Origin: Candidatus Tayloriibacteriota bacterium
GTDB lineage: Bacteria; Patescibacteriota; Minisyncoccia; Phycocordibacterales; SIBU01
Length of the DNA stretch: 64,000 nt
NCBI GenBank assembly: GCA_016188455.1
Contig: JACPHR010000010.1
Location: forward strand, 3,655 to 67,654
Direction: 5' to 3'
Shown: positions 9,601 to 16,412 of the stretch, in pieces
How positions within the stretch are numbered: position 1 is the first letter of the stretch
Layout of the letters: every line of letters begins with the position of its first letter
Notes under the pieces: generated by a model
Database searches by the model: none
Seen by the model: the letters and a program-made list of their open reading frames with translations, nothing else
What the model was told of the DNA's origin: nothing
Position numbers and translations under genes: made by a program

Positions 9601-11113
9601 GCTCAAAGTTTGAAGGGAAGGGATTGTAGGTAACGGTGGTGCAGAGATTCCCCGTGCTGTCAGCGGTTTTTCGCAACACAACGGTCGTTGTCGCAGTTGA
9701 CGTATTCAACCAAATAATAGTGGTAGTGGAAACCGACTTGTTGAAACCAAAACCTAAAAAGGTCATGTCAATCGGCGCGTTGGTCATGCCGTTGCCCGGA
9801 AACGAGCCTTGCACTTGAAGGGTTGAAATGTCCGTGCCGCCGCCGCCGAAAGGAAACTCATGGGGACTGAAACTGTTCTGGGGATTAGCCGTTGTTTGCG
9901 CCACGAATTCGGTTTTGTTGAAATTCTTGTCAAAGCCGTTGCCTTTTGTGGAATCAACGCCGCCCGTGGCCATTGAGGCGGCAGTGGAGGTGGCAGAGGG
10001 ATAACCTGTTGCAAGACGCTCCAGCGATGAACCGTCTTCAGCGAGAGCGGTGGCGCACGGCGTAGAACTTGCCTCTCCGTTCTCGCAATTGCCAGTCTTT
10101 TGCGCTCCCCAGCCGACATAATCAATGGCCGTTGAAGTGGCGAAGGTGCCTAAACTGCTTGTGGCAATGGATACGCCGCCGTCCGCCAGGATAATGTTGA
10201 AACTGGAAGTGGCAAAGACCGCGTCAAGCGGCACCGAACCGCCGTAGCCGATCTGATTACCAATGAGAAAATAACCATACGACGGGATGACTTTTCTGTA
10301 ATAGGTCAGAGGTATGCCGGGCGTTGAACTGCCGGTGGTATAAAAGGAATGGAGCTGAAGACCTAAGTCGGAGAGGTTAATGTCCGCCTCGCCGGAGTTG
10401 TAAAGCTCCACGAACTCATCGCTGGCGTTCACGGCTGTACCCGACTTGACTTCGCTGATTTTAACCGTGGCGTTTTGATTGAGAGTAACTTTTTTATTTG
10501 AGGCCAGGGCCGTACCGACGACGCTCCCCCCAGCCGTGGTTGAAGCATAGCCCGTCTGGAGTTGCGCGTTGAACGCGTGGCCGTTGGTAATACCGGTTGT
10601 ACCAGTGGTGGATGCCACTAGATAGAAAGTGGTAGGGCTACTGCCAATACTTTCCGCGGTCGTCGGCGTAAGAACAATGAGAGTACTGTTCACAAGCGGG
10701 GTAGTAGAAGCCGCGCCAGCGATAAACGTATCGCTATCAAGCTGAAAACCAGGCTGGCCACCCGCCTCTTTCCAGAGCGAAACGCGAGATATCTCCCCTT
10801 GGGACATGGTGGTTGAAGCGACGATCTGGACTCCCACTTTGCTCAGGGTGTCATTGCCAGTAGACTGGACTAGTTGAAAGTTAAGCAGTGGAATAATCGC
10901 GCCGCCGCCAATGGTGGTAGACGCAAAGAAAGCATCCGTAGGCGGCGCCACTTCGGTAATGGCGGCCGAAGCGGTGGAAGCGCCGAGCGCCAAAAGCAAA
11001 GCGGCAGACAGAAAAATACACGCCTTAAGAGCGTGCTTTCTAACTCGCGACCCCAACCTAAAAGCTCTTGCCATTAAAATGCTCCCGGACCCGACATTGG
11101 AAATGAAAATCAT
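3686..11113 (-). CDS. giant (2475 aa) secreted cell-surface protein: signal peptide, LTD (lamin-tail) domain, Ig/FN3-like Thr/Ser-rich repeats, two C-terminal peptidoglycan-binding (PG_binding_1-like) domains
   Basis: N-terminal signal peptide (LLLALGASTASA). LTD motif SDEFVELYNSG. FN3-like segment (GYYIYRD..). Poly-Gly linker. Two C-terminal repeats of G.RG.DV..LQ..L....GFFGP.T..A...FQ..G. A coiled-coil tail. The start could also be Met14 (11074). Confidence 0.85.
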   Translation of the reverse strand: MIFISNVGSGSILMARAFRLGSRVRKHALKACIFLSAALLLALGASTASAAITEVAPPTDAFFASTTIGGGAIIPLLNFQLVQSTGNDTLSKVGVQIVASTTMSQGEISRVSLWKEAGGQPGFQLDSDTFIAGAASTTPLVNSTLIVLTPTTAESIGSSPTTFYLVASTTGTTGITNGHAFNAQLQTGYASTTAGGSVVGTALASNKKVTLNQNATVKISEVKSGTAVNASDEFVELYNSGEADINLSDLGLQLHSFYTTGSSTPGIPLTYYRKVIPSYGYFLIGNQIGYGGSVPLDAVFATSSFNIILADGGVSIATSSLGTFATSTAIDYVGWGAQKTGNCENGEASSTPCATALAEDGSSLERLATGYPSATSTAASMATGGVDSTKGNGFDKNFNKTEFVAQTTANPQNSFSPHEFPFGGGGTDISTLQVQGSFPGNGMTNAPIDMTFLGFGFNKSVSTTTIIWLNTSTATTTVVLRKTADSTGNLCTTVTYNPFPSNFEPSAKCNLTASLSANTSYTFTVTSNVYDLSGNALDQDGFTPGSQSYTATFTTGAAGFTSANVTPPAVMGASPFRGSQNVPTNIGTTTIEFNQSTMDTTTFTNTNIFLSGGLTLGSFSFSTSTGKNILSAGIRGTVAANTQYTLTVGTGVRTLQGIALSTAYTTTFTTGGSTDATAPTIVGVLPTPSTTIAANTNDFVFTFDDNIDSATATSGAVTLGISGGANLPGSVRYDPVSKEGHFTASNVLPVGQTIVLTLKGGALKNISGTALAANVTRSWTVEAANSDISGPAILFVNADEFTVAVTFSEAVNKTDATTLANYTLTVGGVAQTLSALAGHTLTYDESTRTAKLSGLRLTSGAAVTVSATNIKDMSGNLTTTAPMSGSCTVSSATGAGGTGGFVGPGSFTGTTFGEIKDFSASGIGFMPPVSIRPSTSFISASSTYSFELPVAKQIDDGGSIVITLPSSSDFGLCCVATTSAKNPFLASVNSDINGSSDGTIGISAIATSSTAKTITLTLKATGSGITGTRKSGNDEHDFLKFSLADMVNPSIPKGMDSSGYVLDIKSKKSDGTLLESFSGNPIYIGGGAAGGGAVTTIRGTVSGNGGNLTGATIHLMSPQTGPIDAVTDSTGLFTFSNLPVGSQFLTNNFGGGSHYMLFTDPFVSGVSDADGATTTAFFGNTMPTPVQATSSSIITRNFALTATSSAINFTVRLTAAANTFTATENVDVFAGGPGQFVVRTVTPGASALTASTLTVIPIPQFNGSWGIGIGPAMPKGTSGGFSGPPPMPNWSMPKAINVTVTGCPSACVSSVNSFATTSNTFTISTANKTISGVLKDGSGNSIANAMVFAFSPNTDSGGGLGGNTQTSTSGTFSIKVVAGSYVVGAYSPGIGESKKVTVVMDSSGTDVFYIDGSPTASTGSSGANPFILKMVKPGYTITGQVTDGTNPVGNAPVFAYRTDGPGRADAMTDSSTGNYTLYVDGTAANPTTWKVNSFIPGFGPMAEQTVTIAGASQSSINFAPSSSQSFSIYSGNIYEDLDDNNKYATTTEAIVGAVIRLSNSTSVNEGVSGADGAFSIRVPSASGYTIRDIFSPSYGRLAAYNSAGTAIGTIDLSASSTNQYIRVPVRSTVNFTIKDSDGNPLVVSKAFVDLFDKTTGLGNHIEITNASTTSLLIASSTTPSIRAYIQGIPPANISVASDGAQTTVSSGNLSVSHATEAVKITVNTSSTGAALSNIAGTVYKTAATAGNELDGAWIQFVDQTNGVQFGAQATSTGGYSIKAVNGTYQVLVSKPQYVASPVTVTVSGTTTQNFIMTASSLTISGTVTAGGVAAANSFVRAGKIGGGQAITQTDTSGAYTLNVTPGNWRVFAAADGYAEGASASNPVTVNSSQTGINVALTTASSLSSKLATSNTFTDTSAGSFSDASVNTKVNLDANALGASGNSSYITAKETSNYPNTSSVNIIGSKAKDISAFSGGSQVTNLQTGKKADIELTYTKAELTSSSITSTTAVNKLTVMSYSADKGDWETLSTVPTYKDSTGAAVASPSADLSNVSSVTFAAQGTHFSAYALSSQVGVSPPDTPGGLTATAGVTDGSPIALSWGTVSTAEGYYIYRDTSSTGSFPLLANISGGSTLSYSNTSVTAGTTYYYKISAYKSSGASESAASSAVSATVSANAGNAAPGGGGGGGTGAPAPRAQKIYPDGTVVYLDEVGAAAKIAELDKKFKTSTPAPAAVTVPAASVAQASATARLVSPVFNKDLTRGARGEDVKRLQALIAVEQTGFFGPLTEKALKAFQLKHGVIKSEKSAGAGKLGPATRAKINEVFKENAQVPAAPPAAPTPSSGVSAGAPNITRGLVRGARGDDVKALQIFLSADKELYPEGDATGFFGPATQRAVGRFQVKYGIANPGDSGYGDVGPKTRAQLKAMSAASAPAATVETSAGASSASKAAREALEKQIDEAIKRVQELQKQLNSSTAR

Positions 11114-11340
11114 TTTATAAAAAATTAAAATTATAATTCAAATAGAACCGAACGCTCTTTCTTCGACAAGAAAGAACGCGCGGTGAGAAAAATCTCACAA
11201 TGTGCCACTATATTATAAAACTTAGTCCGCCATAACTAAAGGGATGAGTGTGGATAACCCCGCAGCAGGTTTTCCTGTCGTTTTGATCACTCAAAATAAA
11301 AGAAAAGCCGGCTGGAAATCCAGACCGGCGTGGGACTGCC

Positions 11341-11571
11341 CTACTTGCCAACCATTTCAACCGTTCTGGCGACCAGCCAGCCGTGGCGCCAGTCGTCATA
11401 CAAAATGGAATCGCCCATAGCCGGTTTATACGCGGCCGGAAAAGCTTCCAAGGTGAGCCCCCTCTGATAGGCATCCCGACCGCTCTTGAAAGCTTCACTG
11501 CGCTCTCTTTTTGAATGACGAGTAGTCAAAGGACCGACGGGTCGGGCAAGCGGTTTTGAGCTGATAGGCAT
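11341..11571 (-). CDS. hypothetical small protein (76 aa)
   Basis: Only an ORF in the 700-bp gap upstream of the giant gene. No recognisable motif. Confidence 0.25.
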   Translation of the reverse strand: MPISSKPLARPVGPLTTRHSKRERSEAFKSGRDAYQRGLTLEAFPAAYKPAMGDSILYDDWRHGWLVARTVEMVGK

Positions 11572-11607
11572 AGTTATACTCTTTCTTTATTTTGTTGAAC
11601 TGTAATG

Positions 11608-11698
11608 TTTTCCTCCCCACTTCTCGCGAAGCGGGTAAAACAAAACGAGCTCTTTCCAGAGCTCGTTTCCAGCATCGTTTTATAGTGGGGAGTTTAAC
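11608..11698. terminator. nested inverted repeat (bidirectional terminator candidate downstream of the ftsQ-like gene)
   Basis: Outer stem ctccccact/agtggggag encloses a perfect inner stem aaacgagctc-tttccag-agctcgttt. Confidence 0.35.
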
Positions 11699-11815
11699 GA
11701 TAACAGAAATAAGCTCTGGAACTTTTCGTCCAAAAGCCAAAAAAGAAGAAGGTAAAATTGCTACCCGATTTCATAATTAATATCCTATACAAAGCCTCCA
11801 AAAAAGTCAACCAGG

Positions 11816-12592
11816 TTACTTGAACTTATAAAACACCTTGTTGCCGTATCGCAAGTCAATATAGTCCACCTTGGCCAAGCCGCCTGTCCCGCTAAAACCC
11901 GGGTCAGAAACAATGGTGTGAAAATTGTTGAGAACTGAGGCAAAATCGGCGGCTCGGCTGAAAATAAGCCGTTGGCCGGTAAGCAGTTTCGCTTCAAAAT
12001 CGCCGTCCGGCCGTTCGCGAAACAGAGAAGCCGTAAAACTGAGAGAGGCAAGGTTTTTGGCAAATACCGACAGCGCCCGAAAATCTTCGGCTGAGCCGTA
12101 TGTTTGCCCGACGGGATTTTCCTTGTAAACCGCGGAATAAAATCGGATAAAGGCGGGCGAGGTGCTGGCCGCGGCCGAAAACGGCGCGAAAATCAATCCG
12201 TTGTCGTCCAAAAGATAACACCGCTCTCCCCCGCTGGCCGCCAAGGTTAAGGCCAAGGCTTCGCCTTGGCACCACAGCGCCGAGACTCCGCGTTCAGCCA
12301 CTTCAAGGCCGATGGTATGAAAATTTTCAAAGCCGACGGCAACGCGTTCTATCCGTGGAAAAGTCCGGAGAATATCCGCTTCAATGGCGCTCTTCGGGTA
12401 GAAAAAAATGTTGGCCCGAGAGACGGTGAAAAAATACCGGCCGGCTAAAAATTTTTGAGCGGCCTTGGCGAGGTCGGAAGGCGAAACCGAGGTAGCGATG
12501 GAAACCAAAGCGAAAACCGTCCGACTGACGGCGGCCCTGCGCCGCCTGGCTCTGAGCCGCGCGGATTTGAAATTGTGCTTGCGACTAAGCAT
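11816..12592 (-). CDS. ftsQ: cell-division protein FtsQ/DivIB-like
   Basis: Basic N-terminus (RLRARRRR) followed by one TM helix and a POTRA-like segment. C-terminus YIDLRYGNKVFYKF matches the FtsQ tail. Abuts serS. Confidence 0.5.
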   Translation of the reverse strand: MLSRKHNFKSARLRARRRRAAVSRTVFALVSIATSVSPSDLAKAAQKFLAGRYFFTVSRANIFFYPKSAIEADILRTFPRIERVAVGFENFHTIGLEVAERGVSALWCQGEALALTLAASGGERCYLLDDNGLIFAPFSAAASTSPAFIRFYSAVYKENPVGQTYGSAEDFRALSVFAKNLASLSFTASLFRERPDGDFEAKLLTGQRLIFSRAADFASVLNNFHTIVSDPGFSGTGGLAKVDYIDLRYGNKVFYKFK

Positions 12593-13867
12593 TCAAGATT
12601 GGGAGTTTTTGGCAATCACCGCCTTGCCGAAATATTTTTGCAGCTCTTCGGGAATTGCCACGGAACCGTCGGCCTGCTGATTGTTTTCCACGATAGCCGC
12701 CAAAATGCGCGGCGTTGCCGCCGCCGTGCAGTTTAGCGAATGGGCGTAAAACTTTTTGCCGCCGGCGTTATAGCGAATATTAAAACGGCGGGTCTGAAAA
12801 TCATGGTAGTAGGAGGCGCTGGAAAGTTCTCTGTAGGCTTTCTGCGAGGGCATCCACACTTCGGTATCGTATTGTTTTACTTTGCTCAAAGAGAGCTCGC
12901 CGCCGCAAATCAAAAGCCGGCGGTACGGCAAGCGGAGCGATTCCAAAAATTCCTCAAAATTTCTGTTGATTTCCTCATGAAGTTTGACGGATTCGGCGTG
13001 GTCGGCGACTGAAAGAACGAGCTGTTCCAACTTAAAAAATTCGTGGACGCGAATCAAACCTTTGGTGTCTTTGCCGTAACTGCCCGCTTCCCGCCGGAAA
13101 CAGGGCGAAAAAGCCAGGTATCTTTTTGGCAGCTCCTCTGCTCTGAGAATCTCGTCTCCGTGATAGGCCATCATCGCCACTTCGGCCGTACCCGAAAGAT
13201 AACCGCCGTCTTGGGTGTAATATAAATCTTCCGCCTCTTTCGGCAGATGTCCGGTGGCGTAAAAAAATTCTTTTTTTACGACCGAAGGGGCGATAAAGGC
13301 GGTGAAATTTCTCTTGCCGAAAAATTCCCTGCCGTACTGCCACAGCGCCCAAGAAAGCTCCGCCCCGTCGCCTTTTAGAAAGTAGCCCCGAAAACCGTGC
13401 GTTTTCACGCCGCGCTCAAAATCAGCCATGTGAAGGGCGGTCATGAGTTCAATATGGTCCTTCGGTTCAAAAGCGAAGGCCGGCTTATCGCCCCATGTTT
13501 TGATTTCCGCGTTATCGGCCTCCGTCGCGCCCTCCGGCACCGACATGTCTGGCACATTGGGCACTTGGAGCATCAGGGTCTGCCAATCTTTCATCACCGC
13601 TTTGAGCTCCTCCTCCTCTTTTTGAAGGCTTTCTTTGAGGGCTTTCATGGTCACAATGAAAGCTTCGCGCTCGCCGGCAGTTCCCGCTTTGGCGATTTTG
13701 TCGTTAAAAGAGTTCTGCTCCGCCCGTTTTTTCTCGCTTGAAGTCATAAGCTCGCGCCGGCGGTCGTCAAGCCGCAAAAGCCCGTCAATGTCAACCGCCA
13801 GACGCTTTTTTTTGGCGCCCCGCTCTATGATTTCTTTATTGTCGCGGATAAACTTTATGTCCAACAT
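12593..13867 (-). CDS. serS: seryl-tRNA synthetase
   Basis: MLDIKFIRDN N-terminus with coiled-coil arm. Class II motifs (FRREAGS, GLIRVHEF). The track ORF (to 13990) carries a spurious 41-aa extension; the ATG at 13867 was confirmed. Confidence 0.9.
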   Translation of the reverse strand: MLDIKFIRDNKEIIERGAKKKRLAVDIDGLLRLDDRRRELMTSSEKKRAEQNSFNDKIAKAGTAGEREAFIVTMKALKESLQKEEEELKAVMKDWQTLMLQVPNVPDMSVPEGATEADNAEIKTWGDKPAFAFEPKDHIELMTALHMADFERGVKTHGFRGYFLKGDGAELSWALWQYGREFFGKRNFTAFIAPSVVKKEFFYATGHLPKEAEDLYYTQDGGYLSGTAEVAMMAYHGDEILRAEELPKRYLAFSPCFRREAGSYGKDTKGLIRVHEFFKLEQLVLSVADHAESVKLHEEINRNFEEFLESLRLPYRRLLICGGELSLSKVKQYDTEVWMPSQKAYRELSSASYYHDFQTRRFNIRYNAGGKKFYAHSLNCTAAATPRILAAIVENNQQADGSVAIPEELQKYFGKAVIAKNSQS

Positions 13868-14283
13868 AAGAATGTTGTACCGATACCAATATGCTAATGG
13901 TACTAATGATACGAATAACCACCAATGAATACCAAGAAGTATATCGTACTTGGAGAAAAGAAAAAAGCAGCGGATTAGACTGCTTCCCAAGCCTCATCAG
14001 CTATGGCCTTAACGCAAACGGCGATAATCCGGTCGGCCGCGGCATCGCCTAAAATCCGCTTGCCTATGCCGGCAATGCCGACAACATTTGAATCGCGAAA
14101 ATCGCCTCTGGCTTTCTTCAAGCCCAGAGTCAGGGCTGTTTGGAAATATTTCTCGGCTTCTTGCCGTTGCCGCGCCTTGACAAGAGTTAGAAGAGACAGC
14201 TGTAAATCCAACATTTCCATAAGACTTCCTTTGGGTTGATTGTGATTGGTACAAGCAAAAACCGTACATATGGTATAAAATGG

Positions 14284-15171
14284 ATGAGAAAAATGCAAAA
14301 AGTCCAAACGTCAAGTATCAGAAAACTTGACAGAAAAGATTTTCCCAGACGGCTTTTGGAAATACCCGACTGTCCTGAGAAATTATACATCCGAGGGCAA
14401 TTGCCGCCGGAGGAATATAAGTGGCTCTGCGTGGTCGGCTCGCGAAAGTATTCCGAATACGGCAGGCAGGCGGTGAAAAAAATGATTGGCGGCTTGCGCG
14501 GCTACCCCGTAGTTATCGTCTCTGGGCTGGCGCTTGGCATTGATTCAATCGCTCATCGCGCTGCTTTGGAGGCAGGCTTGCTTACTGTCGCCGTACCTGG
14601 CTCGGGTCTTGACCTAAAAGTTTTATATCCGGCGAGCCACCAGCAACTGGCGGAAAAAATCGTGGCCGCCGGCGGGGCGCTCCTCTCTGAGTTTGAACCG
14701 GCTTTCCAAGCCACGGCCTACAGCTTTCCCCAAAGAAATCGCATCATGGCCGGTCTCTCGGACGCGGCGCTCATCGCGGAAGCGGAACTGAAATCGGGCA
14801 CGCTTATCACTGCCAAATTCGCCGCCGATTACAACCGCGACGTCCTGACAATTCCCGGCTCAATCTTTTCGCAAACCGCCGCCGGACCCCACATGCTCAT
14901 CCGCCTGGGCGCCGCGCCCATTACCTCAAGCGCGGAACTTTTGGACGCTCTCGGTTTTGAACTAAAAACTAAAAACTCACAACTAACAACTGCTTATAAC
15001 GATTGTTCCCCAGATGAACTGAAAATCATCGCGCTTCTTCAAACGCCCCTGCCCCGCGACGAACTTATCCGGGCCATCGGCATGAATGCTCGAGACGCCA
15101 ACATTCTCCTCTCAATGATGGAGCTGAAGGGATTGATTAAAGAAATGATGGGAGAAATTCACTTGGTGTGA
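14284..15171 (+). CDS. dprA: DNA-processing protein DprA (Smf)
   Basis: Rossmann-like DprA core: GSRKYSEYG, SGLALGIDSIAHRAALEAG, FPQRNRIMAGLSDA. The track ORF starts at TTG 14236; the first ATG is at 14284. Confidence 0.85.
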   Translation: MRKMQKVQTSSIRKLDRKDFPRRLLEIPDCPEKLYIRGQLPPEEYKWLCVVGSRKYSEYGRQAVKKMIGGLRGYPVVIVSGLALGIDSIAHRAALEAGLLTVAVPGSGLDLKVLYPASHQQLAEKIVAAGGALLSEFEPAFQATAYSFPQRNRIMAGLSDAALIAEAELKSGTLITAKFAADYNRDVLTIPGSIFSQTAAGPHMLIRLGAAPITSSAELLDALGFELKTKNSQLTTAYNDCSPDELKIIALLQTPLPRDELIRAIGMNARDANILLSMMELKGLIKEMMGEIHLV

Positions 15172-15234
15172 TAAAAAAGCCGTTCCGAGAATGTCGGAAC
15201 GACTTGGGTATGGGGGCAATAGCAACTGGCTATC

Positions 15235-15759
15235 TCACCTCATCATCTCATGTTGGAACTCTTTGTAGCGTTTCCGCAAAAGATTCGCCACCTTGCGCGC
15301 GAAGTCGTTCAAGGCAGTCTTGGATAAAAGGTCCGCCGGCGTCAGAAGCAGGTCGGTTTTCTTCTGGCCGGAGCGAATCTTATCGCGATTGGTCGTAAGA
15401 TCAACGGTGACGATAACTTTTGTCCCGGCCAGTTTGAAATAACAGTCAACGCCCCAATGAATGTCTATGGGGGTGCCCAAGGCATTGCCCAGCTCGACCT
15501 GAATCAGAGGCTTGAGACGGAGCGCGTTTTGAACTGCCTGCTGTATTTCAAGCGCCGTGATGGTAGGCGGGCTACCGGGGTTCCAAGTGCCGGCGCGCAG
15601 TTTATTCGCGGCATTGGCTTCCGCCTGCGTTAAGCTATCGGCAAAAGAGAGTTGGGGTACCCGACCGGCCTGCTCTCTGGTGAGCGGGACCGTCTCGCCA
15701 AAAATCATCAACTCAAACCTTCGGCCGCGCGCCCTCACCATCGCGTTGTTAACTTTCAT
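15235..15759 (-). CDS. hypothetical protein (174 aa)
   Basis: ATG start. No recognisable motif. Confidence 0.4.
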   Translation of the reverse strand: MKVNNAMVRARGRRFELMIFGETVPLTREQAGRVPQLSFADSLTQAEANAANKLRAGTWNPGSPPTITALEIQQAVQNALRLKPLIQVELGNALGTPIDIHWGVDCYFKLAGTKVIVTVDLTTNRDKIRSGQKKTDLLLTPADLLSKTALNDFARKVANLLRKRYKEFQHEMMR

Positions 15760-16412
15760 GATTCACTTCACCCCCTTTCTTGTTTCTTTACTGCCTTCAT
15801 TTAAGCACCTCGGCCTTCAAAATGCAAACTCTTTGGCGACCTTACCGCTTATCCACTTTGTATGCACAGTTTTTCCCCTTGAGCAACCTTGCCAAAAAAA
15901 CCAGCCGTGTTACTCTGCCCACCGGAAGTAGTTCAAGCCAAGCACTAAATGAAGGACAGAAAAATCGCCATCGCGCTCGCCAAAAGCGCCGCCCGCGCTC
16001 GCGAGCTGGAACATCACCCCAAACTCAAGGGACAAACAATTCATTTCACCGTTGAATCAAGAACCGCGAAAGCGAGCGATTTGATAACTCGGCCAAACCG
16101 GTTCGCGTTGATTTGACCGCGGGATGCCCCGCCCCGTTCGCCGCGGCGAACGGGGCGGGGCGGAAGGTTCGCTTTCATTGTGCCACAATCAGTGGCACTT
16201 TTCTTTTGCGAAAATTTATCTCTTCGCTTTACATCTCGCCTTACAGCTTCACCCTTTCCTTCATACACCAATTATACACGGCCGTGTAGGATTGGTGTAT
16301 ACAACTTCACTGCGAGGTTTGCAAAAAATTTTGATTGCGCCGCGCCCTGTTAGATATTTTCAGTTCAGCTAAACTTGCCTCAAACGGCAATATGTGTAAA
16401 TCTTAATCAATC

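Noticed and set aside
5179-10125. Many 60-220-aa ORFs on both strands inside the giant gene (e.g. 5179..5514, 6097..6681, 6993..7652, 8937..9470)
   Set aside because: All lie within or antisense to the 2475-aa ORF. They are GC-rich, repeat-driven open frames with no independent support.
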